Below are positions 35,922 to 46,057 of a stretch of DNA of 64,000 bases, piece after piece; the stretch's first letter is position 1; each line of letters starts with the position of its first letter. The notes under the pieces are model-generated. The model was not told the origin of the DNA and ran no database searches. It saw nothing but the letters and a program-made list of their open reading frames with translations. The translations under genes and the position numbers were made by a program. Source of the DNA: a virus; IMG/VR virus record IMGVR_UViG_3300037520_001276, positions 1-64,000 of that record, one strand, 5' to 3'.

Positions 35922-36510
35922 TTTTTAATAGTTTTGTTAATAATTCAAAATTGAATGATGGGTTTAAATCTTTATATACAAAATCGTAGTTGCTTTTTGA
36001 GGTCACCCCTTTAAAGTCTATAACTTCTCCATATCTTACATTAGTACCAATACACTCTCTTTCTATATTCATTTTATCACATATTTCAATCAAAAGTTTT
36101 GAAAGACTTACTATTTGTTTTTCCTCATATTTGTCCCAATATAGGTAGTCTCTCCACTTTTTTTCAAATACTTCTTTTTTATAAATATCACCAACATAAT
36201 TTAGATATTTGTTTTCTAAAGCATTTTTTTGTAACCAACCATAATTTTCTAAAACTATAACAATTGATTTTTTATCTACTTTATCATTTCCCATAAATTT
36301 AGTGTGTTGGTTGTCATCTAAAATTTTATAAATTTCACCTTCTTTATCTACAATATAATTTGGTATATATGGGTTTTTACCGTTATATCTATATTTTAAA
36401 GAATTAATATAGTTTTTAGCAGATCTTTTAGATTCGGCTAATATTATTTGGGTTTTTTTGTTTGATGTCTCGACAGTTTTAAAGTCTGTCGATTTTGAAA
36501 GATCCACCAT
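35914..36510 (-). CDS. N-acetylmuramoyl-L-alanine amidase-fold protein, Zn ligands apparently lost
   Basis: QIIL, NYIVDKEGEIY, SIVIVLEN, QIVSLSKLL, KDLNPSF pattern; His ligands missing. Confidence 0.65.
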   Translation of the reverse strand: MVDLSKSTDFKTVETSNKKTQIILAESKRSAKNYINSLKYRYNGKNPYIPNYIVDKEGEIYKILDDNQHTKFMGNDKVDKKSIVIVLENYGWLQKNALENKYLNYVGDIYKKEVFEKKWRDYLYWDKYEEKQIVSLSKLLIEICDKMNIERECIGTNVRYGEVIDFKGVTSKSNYDFVYKDLNPSFNFELLTKLLKNE

Positions 36511-37651
36511 TTCTATTTATGTAAGAAAGACGTTTAGGTTCTGTTTGAATTACTTGATTAATGATTTCTTCATTATTTTTAATTACTTCTTCAACTTCTT
36601 CTTTTATTCCCTGTAAGTCTGTTAAATCCTCCCTTTCAAAGTATTCATCAACGGGAACATCATTTTTGTCAATATAAACAGGAACCTCAACAATTTTTTC
36701 CACTTCTTTTATTACTTCAACAGGTACCTCAACAATTTTTTCAATTATTATCGGTTCTACTTGGTCGGTATCTTGTATGGTATCATGTATGGTATCTTGT
36801 ATGGTAACTTGTGGGGTGGTTATGGTATAGTTATGGGGTGTGTCATCTTTTTTTCTTGTGTTTTTAAACGCCTGATTAGTAGCAATTACAAGTGTTATTG
36901 CCAATGGATCAAAAACAAATATTAAAATTAAAATGAAAAAGTTTGCGGTTTTTTTAATGTCCCAACTTAATAACTCACTTAAATACTTGATGGTACCTAG
37001 TTCTCCTCCACCAATCTCTTTTGATTCCATATTTAATATGTCAACATCTAGTTTTGTAATACTGTCATTAAATGCATCTATTTTTTTAGATATTGTGTCT
37101 CTTCTTGTTTGAGCCTCTTTTAATTGCCCTTCAAAAGATTTTCTATTTTCGTTATTTGCTTTTGTAATTAACTGTCCGGTTCTTTTATCTACTGTTTGTG
37201 TTGTTGTGTTATTTGATAATCCATCTCTTAATTTTGTGATATCTCCATCAAGTATTGTTTTTTCTTTATTCAGTTCAGTTTTTATATCTTCAAATCTTTT
37301 CTTTTTTACTTCAACATTTTTCACTTGTTTTTCACCTATTTCAAGTTTTGCAATATTATCTTGAAAACCGGTACTAAGTAATCCATATATACCTAAAGAA
37401 GTTATTATTGACAACGTTATTAATGCAATTGTCATATATATCTTTAAAACTCCATAGGTCTCTTTCCATTTGTCGTGTAAATATGTTGCTATAGCGATTT
37501 TAGATATTTCTAAAAATGTACCCATAATTATAACAGGAATTGCCGCACCAACAAATACAACAGCTAACCCAACAACGCTATAATACGCGGCAGTTCCTGA
37601 TAATCCTAATGCACAAAATAACAAAAACCAAGGTAAAAACTTTTCTTTCAT
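36479..37651 (-). CDS. Multi-TM coiled-coil membrane protein with VEVP repeats
   Basis: AAYYSVVGLA, MGTFLEISK, IFVFDPLAITL; EKIVEVPVEVIKEVEKIVEVP. Confidence 0.8.
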   Translation of the reverse strand: MKEKFLPWFLLFCALGLSGTAAYYSVVGLAVVFVGAAIPVIIMGTFLEISKIAIATYLHDKWKETYGVLKIYMTIALITLSIITSLGIYGLLSTGFQDNIAKLEIGEKQVKNVEVKKKRFEDIKTELNKEKTILDGDITKLRDGLSNNTTTQTVDKRTGQLITKANNENRKSFEGQLKEAQTRRDTISKKIDAFNDSITKLDVDILNMESKEIGGGELGTIKYLSELLSWDIKKTANFFILILIFVFDPLAITLVIATNQAFKNTRKKDDTPHNYTITTPQVTIQDTIHDTIQDTDQVEPIIIEKIVEVPVEVIKEVEKIVEVPVYIDKNDVPVDEYFEREDLTDLQGIKEEVEEVIKNNEEIINQVIQTEPKRLSYINRNGGSFKIDRL

Positions 37652-37693
37652 ATTTTAATAATATAATTAATAAATAGTTATAATAAAGTAATC

Positions 37694-37725
37694 AAAAAAA
37701 AACCACAGTATTCTGACTGTGGTTT
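37694..37725 (-). terminator. Intrinsic terminator after the sigma gene
   Basis: AAACCACAGT-CAGAAT-ACTGTGGTTT-TTTTTT. Confidence 0.85.
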
Positions 37726-37757
37726 GCCTAAGTGTATGACGACAAATAGGTCTTTTA

Positions 37758-38573
37758 TCATAAATATTCAAATAAATCTGAACACTCGTTTCTAAGTTTA
37801 CGAAGAGCCTTTTCTTTGATTTGTCTAACTCTTTCTTTTGTTAAACTAAAATCGGATCCGATGTCTTCCAATGTTCTTGGTGTTCCTGTGATTCCGTAGT
37901 AGTCTTCAACGATAACTCTTTCTCTATTGTCTAAAACACCCATAATATTCATCATTTTTTCTTTTAAAAGGTCTTTTGTTGAAAATATCTCGTCGGGTGA
38001 TTCTACGTTATCATTTTTAATGATGTCAATAAGGGTGTCACCGTCTTCGTTGATATGCATATCAAGATCAATCATTCTTGGTAGTGTAGCAAATTTGTCT
38101 GAAAGATCCTTATTTGTTTTTTCGTTTTCTTTCTTTTCTTTTTGCATATCCTGAACAACATTAACTGGAAGTCTTATTGTTCTTGAATTTTCATTAAGTG
38201 ATTGTAAAATTGATTGTTTAATCCACCATACCGCATACGATATAAAACGGTTATTTTTACTCCAATCAAAGTTTTTAATTGCCTTCATAAGGCCAAAGTT
38301 TCCTTCAGCAATTAAGTCAGATAAATCGACTCCTTGATTTTGGTATTGTTTGGCCACAGTAATTACAAATCGTAAATTACCTTCCAACATTTCTTTTTGA
38401 ATTTGTTCTCTTTCTCTATCCGTACAATCATTAGATGCTATACGTTGGGCTAAGAATTTTTCTCTGTCAGGTGTCATCACCTTCAGTTTTCTAATGTCTT
38501 TTAAATAAATTTGAATCTCATCTTGATTCAAAGGGTTTGACGATTTAACGTCCTCCATCTTTTCTCTTTCCAT
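37758..38573 (-). CDS. RpoD/SigA-family sigma factor (Bacteroidetes-type, no region 1.1)
   Basis: NLRFVITVAKQY, DLIAEGNFGL, FISYAVWWIKQSI, TIRLP, LTKERVRQIKEKAL. Confidence 0.95.
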   Translation of the reverse strand: MEREKMEDVKSSNPLNQDEIQIYLKDIRKLKVMTPDREKFLAQRIASNDCTDREREQIQKEMLEGNLRFVITVAKQYQNQGVDLSDLIAEGNFGLMKAIKNFDWSKNNRFISYAVWWIKQSILQSLNENSRTIRLPVNVVQDMQKEKKENEKTNKDLSDKFATLPRMIDLDMHINEDGDTLIDIIKNDNVESPDEIFSTKDLLKEKMMNIMGVLDNRERVIVEDYYGITGTPRTLEDIGSDFSLTKERVRQIKEKALRKLRNECSDLFEYL

Positions 38574-39126
38574 AATTGTCTAAAATTTCTTTTTCTGTCT
38601 CTGTTAATGATTCAATTCCTTTCTCTGATATTTTGTCTAATATTTCATCTACCGTTGGTAAATAATCGGGTTCGTTCTTTTGAACCATTTGATTAAAGTC
38701 CGTTGGCATTAAAAACTCAAACGTAAAATTTCTTAATTCTTCTTTTCTTTCTCTTAATTTACTTTCTACATTTATTTCTCCTGTTTTGTTTTCTTTCTTT
38801 TTTTCTTCTCCGTCAATATTCAAAAAATCTTTCTTTAGTTTTCTTGGCATTTTTATATCCACGTTCTTAGTTACTTCCATTAAAAAGTATTGTTCTGTAA
38901 TTTCTGACATACCCATATCGATATACTCTTTTAGGTCAGAAAAAACTTCTTTACTTCTAAAATGAAAAACAACACCGTACTCACCGTATGTAAACTTTAA
39001 AAATGGTGAAGATACGACTGTTAATAACTGAGACGACAAATTTGTTGCCAAGTTTTCTTGCTCATCAAAATCTCCAAAAATAAATAACATATAAGAGGGA
39101 TCTTGTTTTGGTTGTCTTTTTCTCAT
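38545..39126 (-). CDS. Hypothetical protein with C-terminal VDEILDKISEKGIESLT motif (DUF6576-like)
   Basis: Start moved to MRKRQ behind TAACTTTG at 39157-39150. Confidence 0.75.
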   Translation of the reverse strand: MRKRQPKQDPSYMLFIFGDFDEQENLATNLSSQLLTVVSSPFLKFTYGEYGVVFHFRSKEVFSDLKEYIDMGMSEITEQYFLMEVTKNVDIKMPRKLKKDFLNIDGEEKKKENKTGEINVESKLRERKEELRNFTFEFLMPTDFNQMVQKNEPDYLPTVDEILDKISEKGIESLTETEKEILDNYGKRKDGGR

Positions 39127-39184
39127 TAATTTACTTTTTATATATAGTACAAAGTTATATATTTTTTTTGATATTCCTAGCATG

Positions 39185-41632
39185 TTATTTTAATAAAAAT
39201 CCAAGTTCATACACTAAAGGTCTCATTTCATTATCCAAGTTACTTAGAAGGGATTCAAATACACGTTTTTCGTTTTCGGTGAATAACCTTTTTAGTTGTA
39301 TGTACCCAATATCCCACCCTTCTTCTGAAATTCTATCAACATATTTAGAGTAGAGTTTAAAATACTCTCTCAAAATATTTTGACATGGTTCGGGTAATTT
39401 ATCGAACATACCATCATTGTACAATATGTTTGCAACATACCTATCATTTGAAATTTCAAAATCGTTATAAACTGAAATTGTAGCATTTTCATTAATTTTT
39501 TTCCCTATATGTTTTTTTGTGAAGGGGAAAAATTGATTTTTTACACGATAGTTATTACCACCATACTCTTTAGTCAACCAAGCGGTTTGATTTGAGCTTT
39601 CAGAAAACATTGATTTTACAATTGACATAAAATAAAAACTTTCATACTGTTCGTGATTTTTGTTGGGATTTAAGTATTCATCTTGGTCATTTAACCAATT
39701 TAGTCTTATCAATTTTCTGGCCGAGAACATCATAACAGCCTCTTTAAACCCATCTTTATCAAAAGAGATTCCGTTAGAAGATGCAAATGGCATTGTATAC
39801 AAACCAACCATTTGACTATTGTATTGGACCTTGTTTGAGTTGTTATGTAAAAATCCGATAAAATTTGTTTTAACTGTATCCTTTCTAACACCTTCAATCG
39901 GAACATCAAAACCATTGATAGTTGGAACAAAAATTTCAGTATCTTTTTTATTAATCCACCCTTGTTTTAACCAATCTTTAGCGGATTTCTTACTGTCAGT
40001 ATTGTAAAAACTTTTTTCACCAATTTTTACCACGTCAAGACCTTGCCTCTCCAAAATGTCAAATGTAAAATTTTGTGAATCATCCTCAACTCCACATTCG
40101 AAAATCGCAAAAATAAGTGGCCAAGTTTTAACACCCGAAAATTCTTTAGCATTAAACACAAAACCTTTTATGAATTTGTGAGTTTTGGACATATATGTCC
40201 TTAGTGATTGGTAATCAGGGCCTGTGAAAAAAATTGGTTTGAAGAAATATGCGATGTGAACTTTTTTACCCGTTTTTTTATGGAGGTCTATGTCTTGAAA
40301 TAAGAATTGTGCGAATAGTTGGTCTGAACAAGAACCCAAACCTTCTTGTTTCATCAAACCTTTTACAATGGTATCTGATATACCTTCTTTACTTGATGAA
40401 CCAAAATTTGTGGAGGTACCATAAGGTGGATTCTGTAAACTTATAACTTCATCACAATTATTAATAAAATCATTAATCATTTTAGGAAGGTATTGGTTAG
40501 ATGTTGATAATCTATCAAAATCTAAGACATTAGAACCTTGATTCAACCCCCCCTGTAATATTGTATCTGAGTCTGATTTTTCTAAAGTAGTCTGTAGTAG
40601 TTTAGAATAAGAACGATCTCTTGTTAGATTACCGGTGCCGGCACTTGCATCCCAAACACCAAAAAAAGTATTTTGACGAAACGAAGGAAAAATAGACTCT
40701 AAATATTCATTCGCACACTCAGCCCAAACCTCACGAGTATAAAAAGCACCATTCCTTCTACGTTCAGCATCTTCAATTAAGGTATCTTGCGTGGAAATGA
40801 TTTTCTTTTTTTCGGTGTTTGTAAAATTTTGGACATCAAACCCGTTCATTAGATAACCGAAGGTTTTTACATCTACTTTAATCTTATTGTTACCAAAACT
40901 TTCTGTAATTAAAACACCGCCTTCACGGTCTTTATTTATTTTATTACTTGTAGGGTTTGTAAATAATTGTACAAACAAATTTACCGAATCGTTAGATTTC
41001 ATTTTAGTTTTTAAAACTTCTTCTTCCCAATAATCAAAGGCTTTTTTAATTTTATTTGCGGTTACAGGTCTTTTTTGGATAGCACCTGTACAATAATTAA
41101 TAACTTCTTTATATATAATAGGTAGTGAGTGTTCTGTGATTTTATGATATTGTGGTAATAGATCACCCGATTCCAAACAAATTAAGAGGTTTTCATATAA
41201 TGTCGGTAGTTTTGTATATGCATCATGAGCTGAGCTTACAGACCAATCAACATCTAAAGCTAAAAACTGTATCAATTGATTTGTATGAAAAAAAACAAAT
41301 TCATCTTTATCTACGATAGCAACAACTTTAGGTGTTTTAAGGTTACTACTTTCATCCATTCGTTTTAAATAAATTAAAGTTTGACATAACTTTTTAGCCA
41401 AATTCGAGTCATTATTTAAATTTGTTTGGAGTTTGAATTCAAAAAGAATACTTATGTATTTTGGGTCTCCGAGTTTTGCATCATTATATAATACACCGTC
41501 ATTTCTAACTTCTCGTTTAAATATTAGATTAGAATTAATTCTTTTAAAATACTCAATAATGCCTTGTTGTACAACTGTTTCATCATTTGCAACGTATAAT
41601 TGATTGATAGTATTACCTGTAATTGTTCCCAT
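39185..41632 (-). CDS. Fused restriction endonuclease-methyltransferase (Type IIG-like)
   Basis: N-terminal NDG...FEFK PD-(D/E)xK-like; GAFYT, WDASAGTGNL, NPPY. Confidence 0.75.
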   Translation of the reverse strand: MGTITGNTINQLYVANDETVVQQGIIEYFKRINSNLIFKREVRNDGVLYNDAKLGDPKYISILFEFKLQTNLNNDSNLAKKLCQTLIYLKRMDESSNLKTPKVVAIVDKDEFVFFHTNQLIQFLALDVDWSVSSAHDAYTKLPTLYENLLICLESGDLLPQYHKITEHSLPIIYKEVINYCTGAIQKRPVTANKIKKAFDYWEEEVLKTKMKSNDSVNLFVQLFTNPTSNKINKDREGGVLITESFGNNKIKVDVKTFGYLMNGFDVQNFTNTEKKKIISTQDTLIEDAERRRNGAFYTREVWAECANEYLESIFPSFRQNTFFGVWDASAGTGNLTRDRSYSKLLQTTLEKSDSDTILQGGLNQGSNVLDFDRLSTSNQYLPKMINDFINNCDEVISLQNPPYGTSTNFGSSSKEGISDTIVKGLMKQEGLGSCSDQLFAQFLFQDIDLHKKTGKKVHIAYFFKPIFFTGPDYQSLRTYMSKTHKFIKGFVFNAKEFSGVKTWPLIFAIFECGVEDDSQNFTFDILERQGLDVVKIGEKSFYNTDSKKSAKDWLKQGWINKKDTEIFVPTINGFDVPIEGVRKDTVKTNFIGFLHNNSNKVQYNSQMVGLYTMPFASSNGISFDKDGFKEAVMMFSARKLIRLNWLNDQDEYLNPNKNHEQYESFYFMSIVKSMFSESSNQTAWLTKEYGGNNYRVKNQFFPFTKKHIGKKINENATISVYNDFEISNDRYVANILYNDGMFDKLPEPCQNILREYFKLYSKYVDRISEEGWDIGYIQLKRLFTENEKRVFESLLSNLDNEMRPLVYELGFLLK

Positions 41633-41696
41633 GTCTATATTATTATAAATATTATTTTTACAAATATACGAACAATATTTAATATAGTTTCACTTT

Positions 41697-44030
41697 TTAC
41701 TGAAAAACTTTTGAAATATTGTCTTCTTTTGAAATTCTTATTGTGTTGTCACTCCAGGCGTTAACTATCGGATTGTGACTTATTAGTAAAATAGTTGGGA
41801 AAAAGTCTTTAATACCCATAAAGAAATTATGAACCATTTCTAAGTTTTCATTTGATATTTTCCCAAATACTTCATCAAAAACAATCAAGTTTGGTTTTGG
41901 TAAACTACATATCTTACTCAATACTGAACGTAACGCTAATGATGCAATTGTGCGTTCATATCCACTTCCTGATGACATTAGTTTTTCAACCCCCGTTCCA
42001 TTATCGATCATACTAAACTCAACCTCATTTTTATCATTAATTTGAATTTGAAGTTTAAAGTACGCACTTTCCTCCATCAATCTCTGAAGTTCTGAGTTAA
42101 TTAACGGGATCATTGTTTTCATTATGATTTTAGAAATTCCGTTTTTACCGTAAGCCTCCAAATATATCTTATAGATCCTTTCTTTTTCTTCCTCTTCAGT
42201 AATTTTAATGATGTTATTCAAGTTTGTTTTGATTTTCTCTTCTAACGTTTTAATTGAATACTCATCACCATTAATTTGATTTTGTTTTTGTGTCTTTTGT
42301 CTGTCAAGTTCTTCCAATCTCATGTTTGCTTTAATCAACATGGTGTCAACATGTTCATTTGCCTTGATTTTATCCAACATCTTATCATATTCCGTAAGTT
42401 TTGTTTGAAGTCCCCCTATTTTTAGTTGGTAGTTTTCAATTGTTGCTTCGTGTTTTTCTTTGATAAGTTTGTTTTTTTCATATTCATCAAATTGTCTTTT
42501 AATATCAACAAATCCCTTATCTTTGCCTGTTAAAACAGTCATTAACCCCTCTTTTTCCTCTTTTTGCCTAATATAACCATCAAGTTCGGATATTTTTTGT
42601 TGTGTAATACTAGCATTCATCAAGTCAATTCCACAGTGTTCACATTTGATCCCACCTTTTACTTCAGACTTTAATTTTTCAATCTCTGAGATTTTTGTGT
42701 CTAACTGAACTTTCTCTTTAAATGCAACATTATATTCTTCTTTTACTTTGTCGTGTTCATCCTCTTTGTAGTATTCTTTTGGTTCAACGACGTTAAGTTC
42801 ATTAAGTTTTAATTTTGTTTGTTCAATTTGAAACTCGTGTCCTTCAATTTCTTGTTTTACCTGACTTGGGTTTAATCTACTTAATTCAACATCAATATCT
42901 GTATGTTTTTTAGACATCATGTCATCACGGTAGTCCTTACCTTTAACAATATTTTCTTCTATTGTTTTTAGTTCGGTTTTATATGTTTCAATATTAGACT
43001 TCAGTTCAGTTATTTTTGTTTCATTATTTTCATTATCAGTTTTTAACTGTTCCGTGTTATAGATGTTTGACAACATTGATTTAGAAAAGTCTGAGTATAT
43101 TGATTTTGCAACATCTTCTTTTCTTCTTAAAAAATCAAGGCCCATAAATCTTGAAAGTACCTGACCTCTTGCTGTTGGTTTTGAATCAATTAGTTCTTCA
43201 AGATTTGTTGCGGTTGTAAGTATTGTCATTAAGAAATCTTCTTTTGTTCCAATAGATTCTTTGATGAACTTTTCGGTTTCTCTTCTTTGTTCTCCTGTAA
43301 AGTTTTGAAGTGTTCCGTCAGATAGTTTTTTAAAAAAGTCTAATTCGGTTTTAACATTCCATTCACCCTTTTTAGACATTTTTCTTTCAATATTTCTAAC
43401 AATAATATATTCTTCACCATCAATAACAATTTCACCTTTTACGGTTACTTTATCTTTATCTGTAAATCTATTGAATATCTCTTCGGCTTTTGTTGTTTTT
43501 GTTGTTTCATTAAAGAATAAAAACAATAATAGATCCACTGACAAGACAGTTTTTCCTCCGAAGTTCGGTGGGTTTGATTCAATAACTGTTAGTCCTCCCG
43601 TTTTTTCAAAATCCACTTTTTGATTTTCACCGTATGATAGGAAATTAGAAAACTCAATATTTTTAATAAACCATTTTTTAAATACCGCAGTTTCTGTTTC
43701 GGTTTCTTGCATTTTATTTTCAACCATTTTATTATGGTTCAAAATTGCGTCCAAATGCTTGTCGTAGTTTTTACTTGTTAGAAACTGTCTAAGTAACTCA
43801 ACTTGGTAGTTTGTGTCCATGATATTCACAGACACATCTACTGTTTGCTCACCCTCTTCTTTTTCAATTTTAGCCTTTGTTATTACATTGACGTTTGTTG
43901 TGTTATACTTTTTTTGAAAGTAATGTTTAACACTTTTGATTTTGTCTTGGGTGAAATTTTCATTATAATCTTCCCATACCACTTGAATAGTTGGGTTGTC
44001 AAACTTTGAAAATTCTATATCTTTTGTCAT
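41697..44030 (-). CDS. SbcC/Rad50/gp46-like recombination ATPase with N-terminal extension
   Basis: FSNFLSYG, NFGGKT, CEHC zinc hook, SGYE signature, VFDEVFG, LISH; start uncertain. Confidence 0.92.
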   Translation of the reverse strand: MTKDIEFSKFDNPTIQVVWEDYNENFTQDKIKSVKHYFQKKYNTTNVNVITKAKIEKEEGEQTVDVSVNIMDTNYQVELLRQFLTSKNYDKHLDAILNHNKMVENKMQETETETAVFKKWFIKNIEFSNFLSYGENQKVDFEKTGGLTVIESNPPNFGGKTVLSVDLLLFLFFNETTKTTKAEEIFNRFTDKDKVTVKGEIVIDGEEYIIVRNIERKMSKKGEWNVKTELDFFKKLSDGTLQNFTGEQRRETEKFIKESIGTKEDFLMTILTTATNLEELIDSKPTARGQVLSRFMGLDFLRRKEDVAKSIYSDFSKSMLSNIYNTEQLKTDNENNETKITELKSNIETYKTELKTIEENIVKGKDYRDDMMSKKHTDIDVELSRLNPSQVKQEIEGHEFQIEQTKLKLNELNVVEPKEYYKEDEHDKVKEEYNVAFKEKVQLDTKISEIEKLKSEVKGGIKCEHCGIDLMNASITQQKISELDGYIRQKEEKEGLMTVLTGKDKGFVDIKRQFDEYEKNKLIKEKHEATIENYQLKIGGLQTKLTEYDKMLDKIKANEHVDTMLIKANMRLEELDRQKTQKQNQINGDEYSIKTLEEKIKTNLNNIIKITEEEEKERIYKIYLEAYGKNGISKIIMKTMIPLINSELQRLMEESAYFKLQIQINDKNEVEFSMIDNGTGVEKLMSSGSGYERTIASLALRSVLSKICSLPKPNLIVFDEVFGKISNENLEMVHNFFMGIKDFFPTILLISHNPIVNAWSDNTIRISKEDNISKVFQ

Positions 44031-44040
44031 GATATTATAA

Positions 44041-44292
44041 TTAAACGGTCTGATCTCCTGAAATAGGTTCTGTTGATTCGGATTCTTCTTGTATTGTTTC
44101 TTTCTCATCTTCTAATAATCCAGTTAATCCCGACATAGTGTCTCCTGACATTGATGCAAATTTCTCTTTCATTGCATTCATTTGTTCTTCAAAAGCCTCT
44201 TGCCAAACTTTTTGCATTCTTTTTTCTTGTACTTTCATGTTAGCATTTCTTTTTGCTACTTTTGCTCTGTGTGCTTTTGCCGCCTTTCCCAT
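44041..44292 (-). CDS. Hypothetical protein, basic N-terminus
   Basis: ORF track. Confidence 0.7.
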   Translation of the reverse strand: MGKAAKAHRAKVAKRNANMKVQEKRMQKVWQEAFEEQMNAMKEKFASMSGDTMSGLTGLLEDEKETIQEESESTEPISGDQTV

Positions 44293-44340
44293 TATTAGTT
44301 ATTATTAGTTATTATTAGTTATTATTACTTGTTATTACTT
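44291..44340. repeat. 10-bp tandem repeat (ATTATTAGTT x3 plus two degenerate units)
   Basis: Seen directly. Confidence 0.85.
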
Positions 44341-44675
44341 GGTCTATTTTCTTCAAACCACTCTATTATTGCGTTTATTGCCCATACCAATCCGGCAGAT
44401 AACATCCCGTCAAAGAATACGGATAAAATTTTATTAAGTCCAATCAAATCCGCATTTGGCGAAAAATACGCTAATGATAAAAAGAAACCGACCCATGTTG
44501 ATGTGCATAAAACACAGGAAATAAGGCCAGATAGGAATTTACCTAAAAAGTTAAATGGAGATAATGGGTTATTACCCCAATTGTGTATGGATTGTCTTAA
44601 TCCACCGAATATTGATCCATAGACCAATATGTTTGTCATTCCGTAGGCAACCATTGCCCAAATTACTAAATTCAT
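44325..44675 (-). CDS. Membrane protein, DUF1360-like
   Basis: LISCVLCTSTWVG between hydrophobic segments. Confidence 0.7.
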   Translation of the reverse strand: MNLVIWAMVAYGMTNILVYGSIFGGLRQSIHNWGNNPLSPFNFLGKFLSGLISCVLCTSTWVGFFLSLAYFSPNADLIGLNKILSVFFDGMLSAGLVWAINAIIEWFEENRPSNNK

Positions 44676-44676
44676 A

Positions 44677-45312
44677 TTATTTATATAAGTTATCGTTTAG
44701 GTTAGAACTTCCATGAAACCTGGCAGGGGTATCTCCAACTTGTTTTGGTTGTTCTAACAATTTTTTTTCTAATTCTTCAATTTTCTTTTTTAATTCCCTT
44801 ATTTCTGTGTTAAGGTTTTGTATTGTCTGTTGTAACATTTTTGTTTTATTATCGTCTACGTTAATGTCTAAATTACGTCTAAGTTCATCTAAAGTTTGAC
44901 TAAGTTTAGATATTTCTTCATCTTTTTTAGTTATAGTTTCATTAAGGTCATTTTCTGTGTTTTTGTCACCAATATATTCTATTTTTGTGACAATCTTTTC
45001 TACAGGTACCTCTTTAATAACTTCAACAATCTTTTCAACTTCCTTGATTACTTCAACCGGTACTTCCACCCGTATTTCACGGATTACCTCAATTTCTACC
45101 TGTTTTTCACCAACAATACCCGTTTTTAAGTCTTTTTCATCTTCATTAAGTGTTTTTCCCAAAAGTCCGTACTTTTCTATATTAAACCCCGACTGAAAAC
45201 ATTTTTTAATAAACCCATCAACATCTTCAATATTATTGAGTTTACAATATTCAGATACTGATTTCAATATGGTTTTATTAAATATTTCTGAGTACTTCAG
45301 TTCCATTTTCAA
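44677..45312 (-). CDS. VEVP-repeat and coiled-coil protein
   Basis: RVEVPVEVIKEVEKIVEVIKEVPVEKIV. Confidence 0.8.
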   Translation of the reverse strand: MKMELKYSEIFNKTILKSVSEYCKLNNIEDVDGFIKKCFQSGFNIEKYGLLGKTLNEDEKDLKTGIVGEKQVEIEVIREIRVEVPVEVIKEVEKIVEVIKEVPVEKIVTKIEYIGDKNTENDLNETITKKDEEISKLSQTLDELRRNLDINVDDNKTKMLQQTIQNLNTEIRELKKKIEELEKKLLEQPKQVGDTPARFHGSSNLNDNLYK

Positions 45313-46057
45313 TATCAGAAAAAGATTTTATTGAAAACTTTAAAAACGGTTTTGGGTTTTCAAGGTCCGTATAGGTATATTCTTTAGTTCCGAAATCATA
45401 AGTTCCGAAACCGTGATTTCGGATACTCTCTCCGATGTTCTGTTGAATTGGTGATCCGATCATATACCCTTTACCGGTCTTGAAACTAAATTCCTGTCTT
45501 TTGTGAATATCTCCACATAAAACAATATCTAACCCATCAAACTTTTCAACATCATACGCGTGGTCTCCAAAGTCATAACCTAAGTCCGTAGTCATACCTT
45601 GTATTGGTCCATGAAATAAACCTACCTTTATTCCTTTTGCTTCACTAATTTCAGGAGGAATATTTCCTTGATACTGAGAATAAACACACCAACTAACATT
45701 ATCATCTTCATAAACACCTCTGTCTTTGTAATAGACAATGTTTTTGTTATTTAATGAGTCGATAATCGGAGATAATGCGTCTAACCTATCAATATTATTC
45801 ACTAAAAAGTCGTGATTACCAGGAATTAGAATGGTTTTTGTAATATTCGCACATTCAGTTAAAATCCAAGCAACAAACTCAATAAGTTCAGGAGTCATTT
45901 GATTTTTAGAGTGAACTAAATCACCGGTAAAGACAATACGGTCAGGTTTAATTTCTTTCCATTGGTTGATTGCATTCTCTAATATCTTTCGGTATTGGTC
46001 GTGATCTTTAAATAGTTTTACGTGAAGATCAGAAAAGTGTATTAATTTTTTAATCAT
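45278..46057 (-). CDS. SbcD/Mre11/gp47-like metallophosphoesterase nuclease
   Basis: SDLH, GDLVH, GNHD, FHG, GDIH. Confidence 0.92.
   Translation of the reverse strand: MIKKLIHFSDLHVKLFKDHDQYRKILENAINQWKEIKPDRIVFTGDLVHSKNQMTPELIEFVAWILTECANITKTILIPGNHDFLVNNIDRLDALSPIIDSLNNKNIVYYKDRGVYEDDNVSWCVYSQYQGNIPPEISEAKGIKVGLFHGPIQGMTTDLGYDFGDHAYDVEKFDGLDIVLCGDIHKRQEFSFKTGKGYMIGSPIQQNIGESIRNHGFGTYDFGTKEYTYTDLENPKPFLKFSIKSFSDIENGTEVLRNI

Noticed and set aside
44291-44340. CRISPR array or iterons
   Set aside because: Contiguous 10-bp units with no spacers; simple slippage repeat. No CRISPR array or cas operon seen in the window
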